Shown here: piece by piece, positions 36,366-45,993 of the stretch
How the letters are laid out: the number at the start of each line of letters is the position of its first letter
How positions within the stretch are numbered: position 1 is the first letter of the stretch
Virus record (IMG/VR): IMGVR_UViG_3300050821_009835
Span: 124,001 to 188,000 of that record
Reading direction: 5' to 3' (one strand)
Length of the DNA stretch: 64,000 nt
The notes under the pieces: model-generated
Databases searched by the model: none
What the model was told of the DNA's origin: nothing
What the model saw: only the letters and a program-made list of their open reading frames with translations
Made by a program: the position numbers and the translations under genes

Positions 36366-38777
36366 TCAGTTGATTGTTCCATTGTTTAGTATAGCATTGT
36401 TGATAGTAACCACAGGACTCCCACCCGAGGATACCCCAGTTCCAGTCAATGGCAGCAAATCCGGAGAGGATGCTGCGTTCGAAGCTACGTTCACGTTCGC
36501 CGAGTAAGAAATTGCGCTGGTCGGCGTAAACGTAACCACAATATTACAGGACGCACTGGCAGCCAGTGTTGAACTGCAAGTTCCCGCACCCGTCAGCGTG
36601 TAAGCCGCCGCCCCGGTACCCGTCAGCGAGATGACGATACTGCTCAGCGTCGCCGTTCCGGTATTCGTAAGAACTATCGTCTGCGGACTGCTAGTGGTAG
36701 TTACCGCTTGATTGCCGAAGGCCAGGCTAGATGGGCTATAACTAGTTGCTGGAGCTGGTGCCGTACCCTGAAATGGGTGAGGATAAGTAAATCCACTGCC
36801 CCAAGTGGGGGAACATGTATTCGGGAAAAAGTCCGTCCCAGAAATTAAGTACGGGGCGTCCGCCGCGTTCGGTACATTGATGATCGAACCAGTCAACCCG
36901 GAAATTGTATTGTTACATGCATAGATAGGAGCGGATACCTGACCCGGCCCATATCCCGGTTGATCCCTGAACGGCTTCGTGCCGTTCGTATTATCTACAT
37001 ATCGAGTACAGGTGCCCCCGCTCACGCATTGAGTCTCGTTATCGGTGGACAGAAACTTTTGCGGGCTAGATGTAGCCACCACGCCTCCTGCGTTCGCCCA
37101 GGCGCTCCCGTTGTCAATTGTAAGATCAACGAAGCACGTGCCGAAAAGTGTTCCCGCTCCCAATCCCGCCCCAGCAGTGAATTGAAAACTTGTAGCGTTG
37201 CTGGCCGTCACCGACCAAAGACCGTTGTAACCACTCGGCGTAATATCCATGCAAGCTACATTGTTTGTTCCCGTGCCAGGATTCAGCGTACTAGTGATCG
37301 TGACGGTTGTCGAAGACTCGCTCGCTGCCGTCACCGGGATTGGGGTAGAAATCGTCTGGTTGAAGGGGTTGGGACGGCTTCCTCCACTCGTAAACGCTTT
37401 AACGGCCTTGTAATTATAGGTTCCGGAATTGTTAGAGGTGGGACCGATTACTGCGTCCGCTGCGTAGGCATTGCTGGCTTGCCAGTCGGAAGCACCAAGA
37501 GTATTTTGAACTCCGTCAATTCCATTCACTTCCCAATTAAGATCAGGTCCTCCCGTGCCTAGTCTAGCAGCGTCAGTGGGTTGGTCTACTCGATAGATCG
37601 CTAATGGGCAAGGACTCCAGCCTCCACCACCGCTATTAAGGAACGTGTTATTCTCTAAAATCCCCGTACCACTACGCCAGTTGCACAGGATGATCGAACT
37701 GGCACTAGGATTGTCCCAAGTAAGGCTATACAGTTCTAATCCGATTGTGCCTCGCGTTTCGCCGCTGTCGTACCCGTGCCCACCCGCAATGAAAGAACCG
37801 ATACCATATGAGTAGCGTAAAGCGAGACTGCCCCCTGTATAAAAATCAGCGACTCCTTCAGTCCCGTTCGTGGCGAAGTAAAAGAAACTGTCTTCGACGT
37901 ACTGTTCATTCTCCGTACCCACGGGATTAGGAAGCAGCCAATTAGAGAATCCATCCGTACCGAAGTCTCCGTAAATTTCAAATGGTGCCGTAGGCGGCCC
38001 TGCCGACGAGTCCTGGTACAGAAGGTGATCACTCAAGCCATTCATGTCCAAAATTGCAAACAGTCGAGGATCGGCGTTCGGAGACTTGATGTGGATATGA
38101 TCGATACGGTAACCGAGAGTTCCTACGGCTCCTACAAGTTGAAGGAGGCCGTTTGAGTACGCAGAATTAGGAGTTAGCGTCATTCCAGTCAGCCGTACAA
38201 ATGCCGTATTGGCTGCTCCTGTGATGTTCAATGTTTGCACACCACTTGCGGCCAATGTCAAATTGGTATTGTCCGTAACGATCATCGGGACTACATAGTT
38301 AGCCCCTGAGAGAGTGGGCACAGTACCCGTAGTGATAAGCGTGGTAGGAGAACTGACTGAAGAAATTGTATAGGGTTTGCCAGCTACGTAAACGGTGCCC
38401 GTCCAGCCCGTATTGAACATCGTACCAGAGACATAAGTAACGGTCGTTCCACTGCTATTCACAGTGCCAGAGCCAGAAATACCCCCGGAACTTGCACCGC
38501 AACCGAATTGACAGGTGTTTGCTCCTTCAATAGTGAGCGCAGGATTGTTTGTACCTGTAAAGGCGGGACAGCCCGTTGGGGGACTTGCGGTAATCCCAGT
38601 ACCTAAAGAAGTAGCCGAACAGCTAGGAATCTTGACTATCGTATTGCATGCGGAAACTGAGTTCAACGCCGTCTGTATATCCGAAGCTGAACACGAATTC
38701 GCGTTAATAATCGTCTGCGCACTCGCCCCAAGGACAAGCAAGAGCAGCAAGATAGCAGCGAGGAAAATTTTCTTCAT
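36366..38777 (-). CDS. Secreted beta-rich protein with C-terminal ASH/Hydin-type Ig (choice-of-anchor D) domain
   Basis: Signal peptide MKKIFLAAILLLLLVLGASA/Q; SPSSLAFGNQAV...LTNTG...SC.I.VTFTP. Confidence 0.7.
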   Translation of the reverse strand: MKKIFLAAILLLLLVLGASAQTIINANSCSASDIQTALNSVSACNTIVKIPSCSATSLGTGITASPPTGCPAFTGTNNPALTIEGANTCQFGCGASSGGISGSGTVNSSGTTVTYVSGTMFNTGWTGTVYVAGKPYTISSVSSPTTLITTGTVPTLSGANYVVPMIVTDNTNLTLAASGVQTLNITGAANTAFVRLTGMTLTPNSAYSNGLLQLVGAVGTLGYRIDHIHIKSPNADPRLFAILDMNGLSDHLLYQDSSAGPPTAPFEIYGDFGTDGFSNWLLPNPVGTENEQYVEDSFFYFATNGTEGVADFYTGGSLALRYSYGIGSFIAGGHGYDSGETRGTIGLELYSLTWDNPSASSIILCNWRSGTGILENNTFLNSGGGGWSPCPLAIYRVDQPTDAARLGTGGPDLNWEVNGIDGVQNTLGASDWQASNAYAADAVIGPTSNNSGTYNYKAVKAFTSGGSRPNPFNQTISTPIPVTAASESSTTVTITSTLNPGTGTNNVACMDITPSGYNGLWSVTASNATSFQFTAGAGLGAGTLFGTCFVDLTIDNGSAWANAGGVVATSSPQKFLSTDNETQCVSGGTCTRYVDNTNGTKPFRDQPGYGPGQVSAPIYACNNTISGLTGSIINVPNAADAPYLISGTDFFPNTCSPTWGSGFTYPHPFQGTAPAPATSYSPSSLAFGNQAVTTTSSPQTIVLTNTGTATLSSIVISLTGTGAAAYTLTGAGTCSSTLAASASCNIVVTFTPTSAISYSANVNVASNAASSPDLLPLTGTGVSSGGSPVVTINNAILNNGTIN

Positions 38778-39148
38778 TCACAACTCCAGGTGAACGTATC
38801 GTGGCACTCGACCGTCAAACCGTGAGATGTGCCTAAATCTTGACTCGGTTTAATGTCAAACGCTCCGCCGTCCGAACAAGATTGTTTTCCATCCCGTACC
38901 ATCGGGTGGCTATCGTGTCGCTGAATAAACCCACACCCATTTGACGCTTTAAAGTAGATTGAACTTCTGATTCCCACAACAGAACGAGGAGTGGCTGCTG
39001 TACGGCACTCTGAAATAGTCAATTCATTACCGTGGCGGGCATAGCAAGTGCGCTCGCTGAGCACGGTTTCTCCCTCAGCAATTCCCGCTACTTTGTTCTG
39101 GGCTGCCGCCGCGAGACAAAAGAGAAGAACGCACAAGAAACGCTTCAT
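38774..39148 (-). CDS. Secreted Cys-rich protein
   Basis: Signal peptide MKRFLCVLLFCLAAAA/Q; ATGA overlap. Confidence 0.55.
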   Translation of the reverse strand: MKRFLCVLLFCLAAAAQNKVAGIAEGETVLSERTCYARHGNELTISECRTAATPRSVVGIRSSIYFKASNGCGFIQRHDSHPMVRDGKQSCSDGGAFDIKPSQDLGTSHGLTVECHDTFTWSCE

Positions 39149-39825
39149 TGCACCGACCCCGCTGACCAAGTATTAAGCTGATTGACAGTCGAACCTGACC
39201 CAGAATCAACATCAATTCCAGGGTTTCCTGTAGTGTAAGTTGTGTCCGTTGCAGTCGGCGAAAGAGCCACACCATTCACTTTTAAAGTCAATACACTCCC
39301 CTTAATTTGCAGATTAACGATATCACCGAGTGCTGGCGTTTGAGAATAGGTTTGGAGAGTCGTAAACCCACCTGGTTGATCTGATCTCTGAATATAATAA
39401 GTGGTTGAACTTATGTGTGTTTCCGCCCCTCCACAATATCCCGTTAAATGACCACTGCTTCCAGCTGCGCGAACACATACCATAGTTGTATTAGAACCTG
39501 AAATCGTGCCGAGCGTTGCCTGAGCAAACTGATTATTAGTCCAGGTAAATCCTGTCCGATCATCACAAGAAGCAAACCCAGCAACACCACCATTTGGCGT
39601 AGAGATTTTACCATCGTTACAGGCGCTACTATAAGGCGAATTCTCCCAATTAGCATTGTAAGTATGCAGATTCGTTGCAGCCGTACCACTGAACGTATCC
39701 GTATCGAGTATCGTTTGACCACCAGCCGGAGGCTGAGGTTCAAGAAGCCCAGGCATTACCCCCTGGGCATAAGCAGAAATCGAAAGAATAATAATTAGAA
39801 ATAGGCGGGTTAGTTGTTTGTCCAT
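39145..39825 (-). CDS. Secreted beta-sandwich protein (start revised to MDKQL)
   Basis: Signal peptide ..FLIIILSISAYA/Q. Confidence 0.6.
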   Translation of the reverse strand: MDKQLTRLFLIIILSISAYAQGVMPGLLEPQPPAGGQTILDTDTFSGTAATNLHTYNANWENSPYSSACNDGKISTPNGGVAGFASCDDRTGFTWTNNQFAQATLGTISGSNTTMVCVRAAGSSGHLTGYCGGAETHISSTTYYIQRSDQPGGFTTLQTYSQTPALGDIVNLQIKGSVLTLKVNGVALSPTATDTTYTTGNPGIDVDSGSGSTVNQLNTWSAGSVQ

Positions 39826-41471
39826 GCTGTCGTCGCTCCTGCTCCAATGGCTTCCCAAGTGGTGGAATCTGTATCTTGTACGCAGAGGAAATCCCCTGCA
39901 CTTCCAGGTGATACCAAGCCAGTGGCTGAACCCGCAGTACCCGCTATCCCCTTGTAGTACATCGTCACACCCGTGGTAGGAACAAACGAAACAGCGTGAG
40001 CTACAGTGTGGTAATTCCCCACACAAATCGCCGCACCAGAACCCGTAGGCACAGGTAAATCAACGACATAAGCTCCAGAGGTGTTGTTATAAATAACCTG
40101 ATTCTGAAGAGTAGCACTAAACGGCGACCCAGTAGTCTTCACGAATTTACAACCTAATCCCGTGTATGCTGTGGTTGCTATGGTGGCAGAATTATCACAA
40201 GCTGACGGAGCGGCATTTGGGGCTTTAAACAGCGTAGACCCATTCACCTGAAAATCTGCAATGTCTACGCTCGTCCCCGAGGGGTTATTGAAGATTGCAC
40301 CCACCGTAGACGTGCTCCCGGAAGTCGCAGTCACCTGAGTAAACGCGCCAGTGCTCGGAGTCGTTCCGCCGATAGCTCCAGGACTAGGGAAGGATGACGT
40401 AGACGCACCCAGCGCGACGGAAGTCCCAGCAATGTTGATTGTTGAGTTCGCTAAAGCGGCATTTGGCACTGAACCAAAACTAGGATCAGCACCAGTATTG
40501 CCAAGGAGCACTGTGTTTGTCGTTCCCACAGCCGTACCTCCAAGCTGTGTTGTGGTGCCCTCATTTAATGTAACACCATGAGCAGTGCTAACGCTATTAA
40601 CATTAACAGAACCACCCAGTGAAGTGGATTGTCCTTGCACAGTAATGGAAGAATTAGAAAGAGCCGCATTCGCGACTGTTCCGAAACTTGGATCTGCCCC
40701 CGTATTTCCAAGCAAAACGGTATTATTTGTACCGACTGCCGTTCCTCCCAATTGAGTTGCCGCTCCTTCATTCAAAGCGACACCATGAGCAGTCGTCACG
40801 CTGTTGATGTTGACCGATCCACCCAGTGAAGTAGACTGCCCTTGAACTGTTATCGAGGAGTTAGTTAAAGAGCCATTACCAATATTCGTAAGTGTGTTGC
40901 TCGCCCCACTGATCGTCTTATTCGTTAATGTCTGAATGTCCGACGTACCAACTACTGTTCCCGCAGGTGCCGCTACGCTCCCTACTACACCCGTTGCCGT
41001 GGTTACTGTAACCAATCCAGTAGAAAGTGCTCCTGGTAGCAAGAATCCCGCAGCAGAATGTAAGTCCAAAATGCCACTCCCTCCTGCTGTGATCGTGTGA
41101 CCAGAAAAAGTAAAATCACCCACGCAGCCAAAGACTCCGGCATTATCATACTGAAGAGATGATCCTGTCGTCGTGCAAGGTGTCCCGCTGACGGATACCC
41201 AGGAGGGTACGCCAGTGCTAGTCTCTTGGAGGACTCTAGTTCCCGAAGTGTTTCCAGGCAAAAGCGCCCAAAAAGTGCATTGTCCGGATGAAAAAGTTGC
41301 GCAATAAACCAAGTCCCCCGATTCCAATGCCGGGGGGAACAGATTTATACGGTCCTGTGCCGCTGTTTGCCCCCCAGTACCACCCTGAGGAATGCGAAGA
41401 ACAGTTTGCGCAAATGCAGAGAGTGAGAGCATTAATACTAAAGCGGCGAGGAATTTTGTGACGTTGCGCAT
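39810..41471 (-). CDS. Tail-fibre-like repeat protein with signal peptide
   Basis: MRNVTKFLAALVLMLSLSAFA/Q; LRIPQGGTG, QTLTNKTISGASNTLTNI, duplicated ~69-aa unit. Confidence 0.65.
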   Translation of the reverse strand: MRNVTKFLAALVLMLSLSAFAQTVLRIPQGGTGGQTAAQDRINLFPPALESGDLVYCATFSSGQCTFWALLPGNTSGTRVLQETSTGVPSWVSVSGTPCTTTGSSLQYDNAGVFGCVGDFTFSGHTITAGGSGILDLHSAAGFLLPGALSTGLVTVTTATGVVGSVAAPAGTVVGTSDIQTLTNKTISGASNTLTNIGNGSLTNSSITVQGQSTSLGGSVNINSVTTAHGVALNEGAATQLGGTAVGTNNTVLLGNTGADPSFGTVANAALSNSSITVQGQSTSLGGSVNVNSVSTAHGVTLNEGTTTQLGGTAVGTTNTVLLGNTGADPSFGSVPNAALANSTINIAGTSVALGASTSSFPSPGAIGGTTPSTGAFTQVTATSGSTSTVGAIFNNPSGTSVDIADFQVNGSTLFKAPNAAPSACDNSATIATTAYTGLGCKFVKTTGSPFSATLQNQVIYNNTSGAYVVDLPVPTGSGAAICVGNYHTVAHAVSFVPTTGVTMYYKGIAGTAGSATGLVSPGSAGDFLCVQDTDSTTWEAIGAGATTAWTNN

Positions 41472-41482
41472 AATAGTCCTTT

Positions 41483-41932
41483 TTAAAATCTGTACCAGGC
41501 GGCTAGATCAGATCCCAGTACAGGAGCAGTAAAAATGGCGATGGTAGAACCTGAAAGAGTAAAATCAATTCCTGAACTCAACACTTGCCCATTCTCAACA
41601 AGAATTAGGCTGGCGGCGGGGTTCGGAATATGGGCTAGAGTAAAAGTTGCATTAAAGCCATCAATAACACCTGCCGGGGTTTCCGCATCAGAAAAATTTG
41701 GAACATTTCCGCCAGACTGTCCACTATTGGAAATGAAGCCTAAAGAAATATTTGATCCGGATATGGCTGAAACTGCAAGCAAATCCCCAACATTGTATGG
41801 AGCGGCATTTGGCAACTGAATGAAGAGGTCACCGCCCAATGGTTGTGCGCCAATAGCCACCTGACCCACTAAAGAACCTGTGGCGATAAAATACCCATTA
41901 ATCAGTTGATATTGTGGCGTTTGCCAGCTCAT
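41483..41932 (-). CDS. Probable virion structural protein
   Basis: ETPAGVIDGFNATFTLAHIP..NGQVL..GIDFTLSGSTI motif. Confidence 0.6.
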   Translation of the reverse strand: MSWQTPQYQLINGYFIATGSLVGQVAIGAQPLGGDLFIQLPNAAPYNVGDLLAVSAISGSNISLGFISNSGQSGGNVPNFSDAETPAGVIDGFNATFTLAHIPNPAASLILVENGQVLSSGIDFTLSGSTIAIFTAPVLGSDLAAWYRF

Positions 41933-42024
41933 AGATGTTTTGCCTTTAGATTTCTGACCTTGAAATGCTTCTATCTATTATGGAAGCCAGAAAGTCAACC
42001 TATTTATTTTTGGAAGCCAGAAAG

Positions 42025-42735
42025 TCAATCTGTTCTTGCGGGCCATTGAACCCTATGGTGTTTCTTTTCTAACAGCTCGGGAAAATCTTTGTCGGCGTCT
42101 GTATCCACGCTAATGTTACCCTGGGGTTTCGGGGTTTTGTTCCCATCCATGCCTGGGCCGCCTGTATCCCATTGAGCCTTTTGATCTGCATTCGTACCAA
42201 CCCCCTCCTGAATTTCCCCACTTTGATCGTATCCATAACCTGTTTTTACGAGAAACACAGCCCTTTTTCGCTTACCTTCCATTGTCAAAGCTTCCAACAT
42301 GCTGTGAAGTTTGGACAAAGCATAAGACTGATAGAAGGATGCTGTGGTGAAATCACCAGCCTTGGCATACAACTCGGCTACCTGGGCATCGTGACCAGCT
42401 CGTTCGGTTGTTTTGTACAAATCAATGCGGCCCGAACGTTGGGCGAAGATGTCTCTCAATCCCATAAGCAACTCTTCTAGTTTCGGTTCAGTTCGTTCGT
42501 ACAGGATCTTCTGTTGTTCTGATGTGCTAAATGGAAGAGAATTCCAGAGGCCAGAAACATTATTATAAGTATCACGGAGATAATTTACGTCCTGAGGCCA
42601 AGTGGCTCCTGATTGCAGAAGTTCGTTGGTGAATTGAGGCTTGACCTTGAGAGAAGGAAACGAGGCACCCGCGAGTTTGGGGATGGAAGGCCGTCTCCGC
42701 GCTGCTTCTTGCAATGTCTCTAATGGGATTGGCAT
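42025..42735 (-). CDS. Hypothetical protein
   Basis: Likely start MPIPLE. Confidence 0.5.
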   Translation of the reverse strand: MPIPLETLQEAARRRPSIPKLAGASFPSLKVKPQFTNELLQSGATWPQDVNYLRDTYNNVSGLWNSLPFSTSEQQKILYERTEPKLEELLMGLRDIFAQRSGRIDLYKTTERAGHDAQVAELYAKAGDFTTASFYQSYALSKLHSMLEALTMEGKRKRAVFLVKTGYGYDQSGEIQEGVGTNADQKAQWDTGGPGMDGNKTPKPQGNISVDTDADKDFPELLEKKHHRVQWPARTD

Positions 42736-42923
42736 GAAACCCTCTACTAAACTTCGTAAATTGGGTTTCCACGCTACCAAAACCACTTACATGAAGACAT
42801 TTCTTCAGAGGTGCCTATAGAAGGGCGCTAGAGTTGCATTTCAAGTTCGGACTCTTGTCCGAACAAGGTCCATATGAGACGACTATCGCGGTAGTCGTTC
42901 CATGAGACTCAGAAAGCCAGGAT

Positions 42924-43515
42924 TTAGTTCCTGGCTTTCGATTTTTGAGGAAGTGCGTACTTCTTCCAAACTTGAGTGTCTAAATCTTTCGCTGACATTC
43001 GTCGTTTCTTGGCTTCTGCTATAAACACTTGCTCTAATTCAAGATAGTGTTTACCGCTAGGAGTTGTAACCGGAGCCTTATAACCCTGGGCACGGAGCCA
43101 TTTCAGAACATGAGTATCCAACGGGACACAAGCTGTCTCTGGTTTATAATAAAGCATAATCATACGAGCGGTCTTTGGCCCGATGCCCTTCACTGTCTCT
43201 AATTCTGCTACCGTCGTGTTTAGCGGATCCTTAATTTTATGTACAACCTCGTTCATAGCACGAGCAATTCGCGTATACTGGCCCATGCGATGTGCTCTTA
43301 ACCGCCATTCGAGCATTCCTTTGGTTGACAAGGTGCTGAATGCGCTGGAATGGGGTTTGGATGTAAGGAGGAAAGGAGGGCAGTCCGTAGAGAAATTTCT
43401 CTACTTTGACTGCTGTAGCATCAGCAGGCTTGTTGCAAACACAGATTCCAAAAATTATCCACTCTTCTAGACGCTGGCGATCCCAAGGTTGAGTTAGATC
43501 GTAAGGATCGATCAC
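42924..43515 (-). pseudogene. HhH-GPD/OGG-like DNA glycosylase split by a 1-nt frameshift near 43320
   Basis: N-part MIDP..EEWIIFGICV..PFQRIQHLVNQ continues in another frame as GMLEWRLRAHRMGQY..VKGIGPKTA..LDTHVLKWL. Confidence 0.65.
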
Positions 43516-43793
43516 ACTCCCTCCACATAAGGATCCTCTAATCTTGGTGAATCATGGAGAGGATTAGTGTCACCAGGACGAGGGATTGCCATACCGCCTA
43601 CAACAATCGGAACGAGTCCCATCTCTTCTTCGGTTTTACCGTCATACCCGCCGTAGAACTGATCCGCAGTCTCATTTTCGTAAAATGGAGATATGCGCGT
43701 GAAGCCGCGTTTCTTAGCGGATTGACCTCTGTAGAAAGCGACTCGTGGTTCAATGTATTGCATTTTAATTGATACTAGATGTCCAATATCCAA
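43512..43793 (-). CDS. Hypothetical protein
   Basis: AFYRGQSAKKRG..SPF motif. Confidence 0.45.
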   Translation of the reverse strand: MDIGHLVSIKMQYIEPRVAFYRGQSAKKRGFTRISPFYENETADQFYGGYDGKTEEEMGLVPIVVGGMAIPRPGDTNPLHDSPRLEDPYVEGV

Positions 43794-44416
43794 GGTTTAT
43801 TTACGGGACGATAGGCTTCATCCACAGCCGCTGCGTTGTAGAAAGCGGTATCCCCATATTGCCGCTTACCATATCCTCCATGGATGTGGCCAAATACATG
43901 AATTTTCGGTTTAGTGCGTTCTACCGCTGTTATCAATTCTGCACAACCCACATGCTCAGACCCAAGATGAGCAGCGGCTTGGTCCAAGATTCCCATAGGA
44001 GGGCCATGAGTAACCAATATATCGAGGCCGGAAGGTATCAAATCCCAGTATTTATGGAGCTGGCCTCGAGTGACGTTGAATGCCCAAGAATAGAACCATG
44101 GTTGCCACGGACTCCCATAGAATTTCAAGCCCATGATTTCAATCCCGCTATCTTCTAAATAAACGATGTTCGGATAATCGGCCTTGAGCAGTTCGATTGC
44201 CTGTTTCTTCTGCCTTTCAAAAAGCCAATCATGATTACCCGCAATAACTATCTTATGAGAATGAGGAAGAGATTGAAGCCATTTACTAACCATGGTAACT
44301 TCTGATACGCGCCCACTCAGGGTAAGATCACCCGAATGGACAAGAATATCCCCATCTGGAACCTATACTTTATCATGAAAATTATGGGTATCAGAAATTA
44401 AGATTAAACGAGGCAT
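43775..44416 (-). CDS. Metallophosphoesterase (239FB/MPPED-like) with an in-frame TAG at 44363-44365
   Basis: MPRLILISDTHN..KV*VPDGDILVHSGD..GNHD..THGPP..FGHIH, all in one frame. Confidence 0.8.
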
Positions 44417-44474
44417 TACTCTTGTATACTTCAAAGGGAGAGAACTTCCTGATTTCTGTTAATGGAGGATTCTT

Positions 44475-45134
44475 ATGTTTATTGATTCGAATATCCAATC
44501 CGCCCCCGGCTGGGGATCTCACGTACAATCTGACGGCTCAGATGTGGGTGGCTGGGATCCAGCAGTATACACCATTGATCAAACTTTTCCGCCCAGCTGC
44601 CGATTTTTTCTTCAAGGTACAAAAAAGCAGGGGTCACTCCCCACAGTAGACTGGTACATTGCGCGCCCAGTACAGGCCAATACCGGCAATCTACAATTAA
44701 ACTTCAGTCTAACGCCAAATACAAATTTGCTTAACAACTATCTGTTCGAAACTGATTGTAAGTTATCGATAGACGAATACACCTACAATTTTTCGTTGCA
44801 GGTGCTTGTGGGAAGTTGGAAATTAGAGATTTCCAATCAAAAAGGCGATTGGGTAGATACTGGATTTACAGTCCCACCTTTCGTTCCTGGTGTTGCAACG
44901 CAGTACGAATTGGTCTACCGTTTTAATACAACAACCAAACTCTATTCTATTCTAACAGCTTCCATTGGTGGACAAGCATTTGAAATCCCTTCTTCATTGG
45001 GAAATCTAACCGCCATCAAAACTGGATGGACTGACACCTTGATTCAGATGCAACGTTCCTTAACGGAAGAAGCAGGGGACGCTAATCAAAGCGCAAGCGA
45101 CCAACTAGATGCTTGCGAATTGATTTGGAGTTGA
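44475..45134 (+). CDS. Hypothetical beta-sandwich (lectin-like) protein on the opposite strand
   Basis: 219 aa, GGAGG RBS, aromatic/beta-rich. Confidence 0.55.
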   Translation: MFIDSNIQSAPGWGSHVQSDGSDVGGWDPAVYTIDQTFPPSCRFFLQGTKKQGSLPTVDWYIARPVQANTGNLQLNFSLTPNTNLLNNYLFETDCKLSIDEYTYNFSLQVLVGSWKLEISNQKGDWVDTGFTVPPFVPGVATQYELVYRFNTTTKLYSILTASIGGQAFEIPSSLGNLTAIKTGWTDTLIQMQRSLTEEAGDANQSASDQLDACELIWS

Positions 45135-45141
45135 CCGAATT

Positions 45142-45215
45142 TGGCGGCTATACCGGGGCTCGAACCCGGTTCTGCTGATTGAGAATCAACAATCCTACCC
45201 ATAGACGATATAGCC
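45142..45215 (-). tRNA. tRNA-Glu(CTC)
   Basis: Cloverleaf; loop TTCTCAA; G73; CCA. Confidence 0.85.
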
Positions 45216-45219
45216 GAGA

Positions 45220-45295
45220 TGGTGGCATACAGGGGAGTCGAACCCCTCATCATCTGGGTGAAGGCCAGAGGACCAAACCGATAGTCGGGTATGCC
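45220..45295 (-). tRNA. tRNA-Glu(TTC), C33 variant
   Basis: Loop CCTTCAC; CCA. Confidence 0.75.
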
Positions 45296-45329
45296 AAAAC
45301 TAACTTGTTTGTGAGCTAACAGTACAAAC

Positions 45330-45405
45330 TGGTGGAGACGGCGAGATTCGAACTCGCGGCCTCATCGTTGCGAACGATGCGCTCTCCCAACTGAGCTACA
45401 TCCCC
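45330..45405 (-). tRNA. tRNA-Ala(CGC)
   Basis: G3:U70; loop TTCGCAA; CCA. Confidence 0.92.
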
Positions 45406-45412
45406 CAAATTT

Positions 45413-45486
45413 TGGTGCTCCGTAAGCGAATCGAACGCTTGCTTTCTGCATGTCGAACAGACGCTCTACCACTGAGCTAACAGAGC
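45413..45486 (-). tRNA. tRNA-Val(GAC), C33 variant
   Basis: Loop TCGACAT; CCA. Confidence 0.85.
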
Positions 45487-45488
45487 TT

Positions 45489-45959
45489 TTACTTCGTAAC
45501 CGGGACTACCTGAGAAGGGATCACCACTTCTGTCCCTGGTACAGTCGATCCGCCTGTTTGGGGTGGAGTCGCTGTAGTAATGGTCGTACTCGTTGTCCCC
45601 GTACTGGTGGAGGGTGCTGGACTCGGAGCATCCGGGCTCATTGTCTTCAATAATGCGCCAAATGCTGAACCAAATGCACCTGTATCAAACGTCAAACCAT
45701 TCAGAGCAATCCCGTTATCCGAAGCAATTGTCCCGTTTTGGATCAACTGCACCACCGTGTAGTACATGTGCTCGGCACGATAAAAAAAGAATACAGAAGC
45801 GACTGCTAGAATTATGATGTTCCCGCCACGAGAATTCGTAATCGTAGCAAAATCCTGCCACACTCCTACGGAGGGGAGCTTCCCCTGATACCACATTACC
45901 ATGAAGGAGAGATATACTACAATCACTCCCGCCCACATTTCCCAAGTTATCGTCACCAT
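45489..45959 (-). CDS. Multi-pass membrane protein with Thr/Pro tail (holin-like?)
   Basis: Three hydrophobic segments; GAGG RBS. Confidence 0.55.
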   Translation of the reverse strand: MVTITWEMWAGVIVVYLSFMVMWYQGKLPSVGVWQDFATITNSRGGNIIILAVASVFFFYRAEHMYYTVVQLIQNGTIASDNGIALNGLTFDTGAFGSAFGALLKTMSPDAPSPAPSTSTGTTSTTITTATPPQTGGSTVPGTEVVIPSQVVPVTK

Positions 45960-45993
45960 TTCGCACCTCTACTATCGAGGCTCGAAAGTCAAA

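Noticed and set aside
9748-41998. Short direct duplications at gene junctions (9748-9772, 28252-28283, 35622-35659, 41980-42028) as a regulatory system
   Set aside because: The units are unrelated to one another and most simply explained by replication slippage
14604-43515. Programmed ribosomal frameshifting at the split genes
   Set aside because: Breaks and odd overlaps (about 14825, 17280, 19250, 43320) fall in short homopolymers without slippery heptamers or stimulators, which better fits indel errors or pseudogenisation
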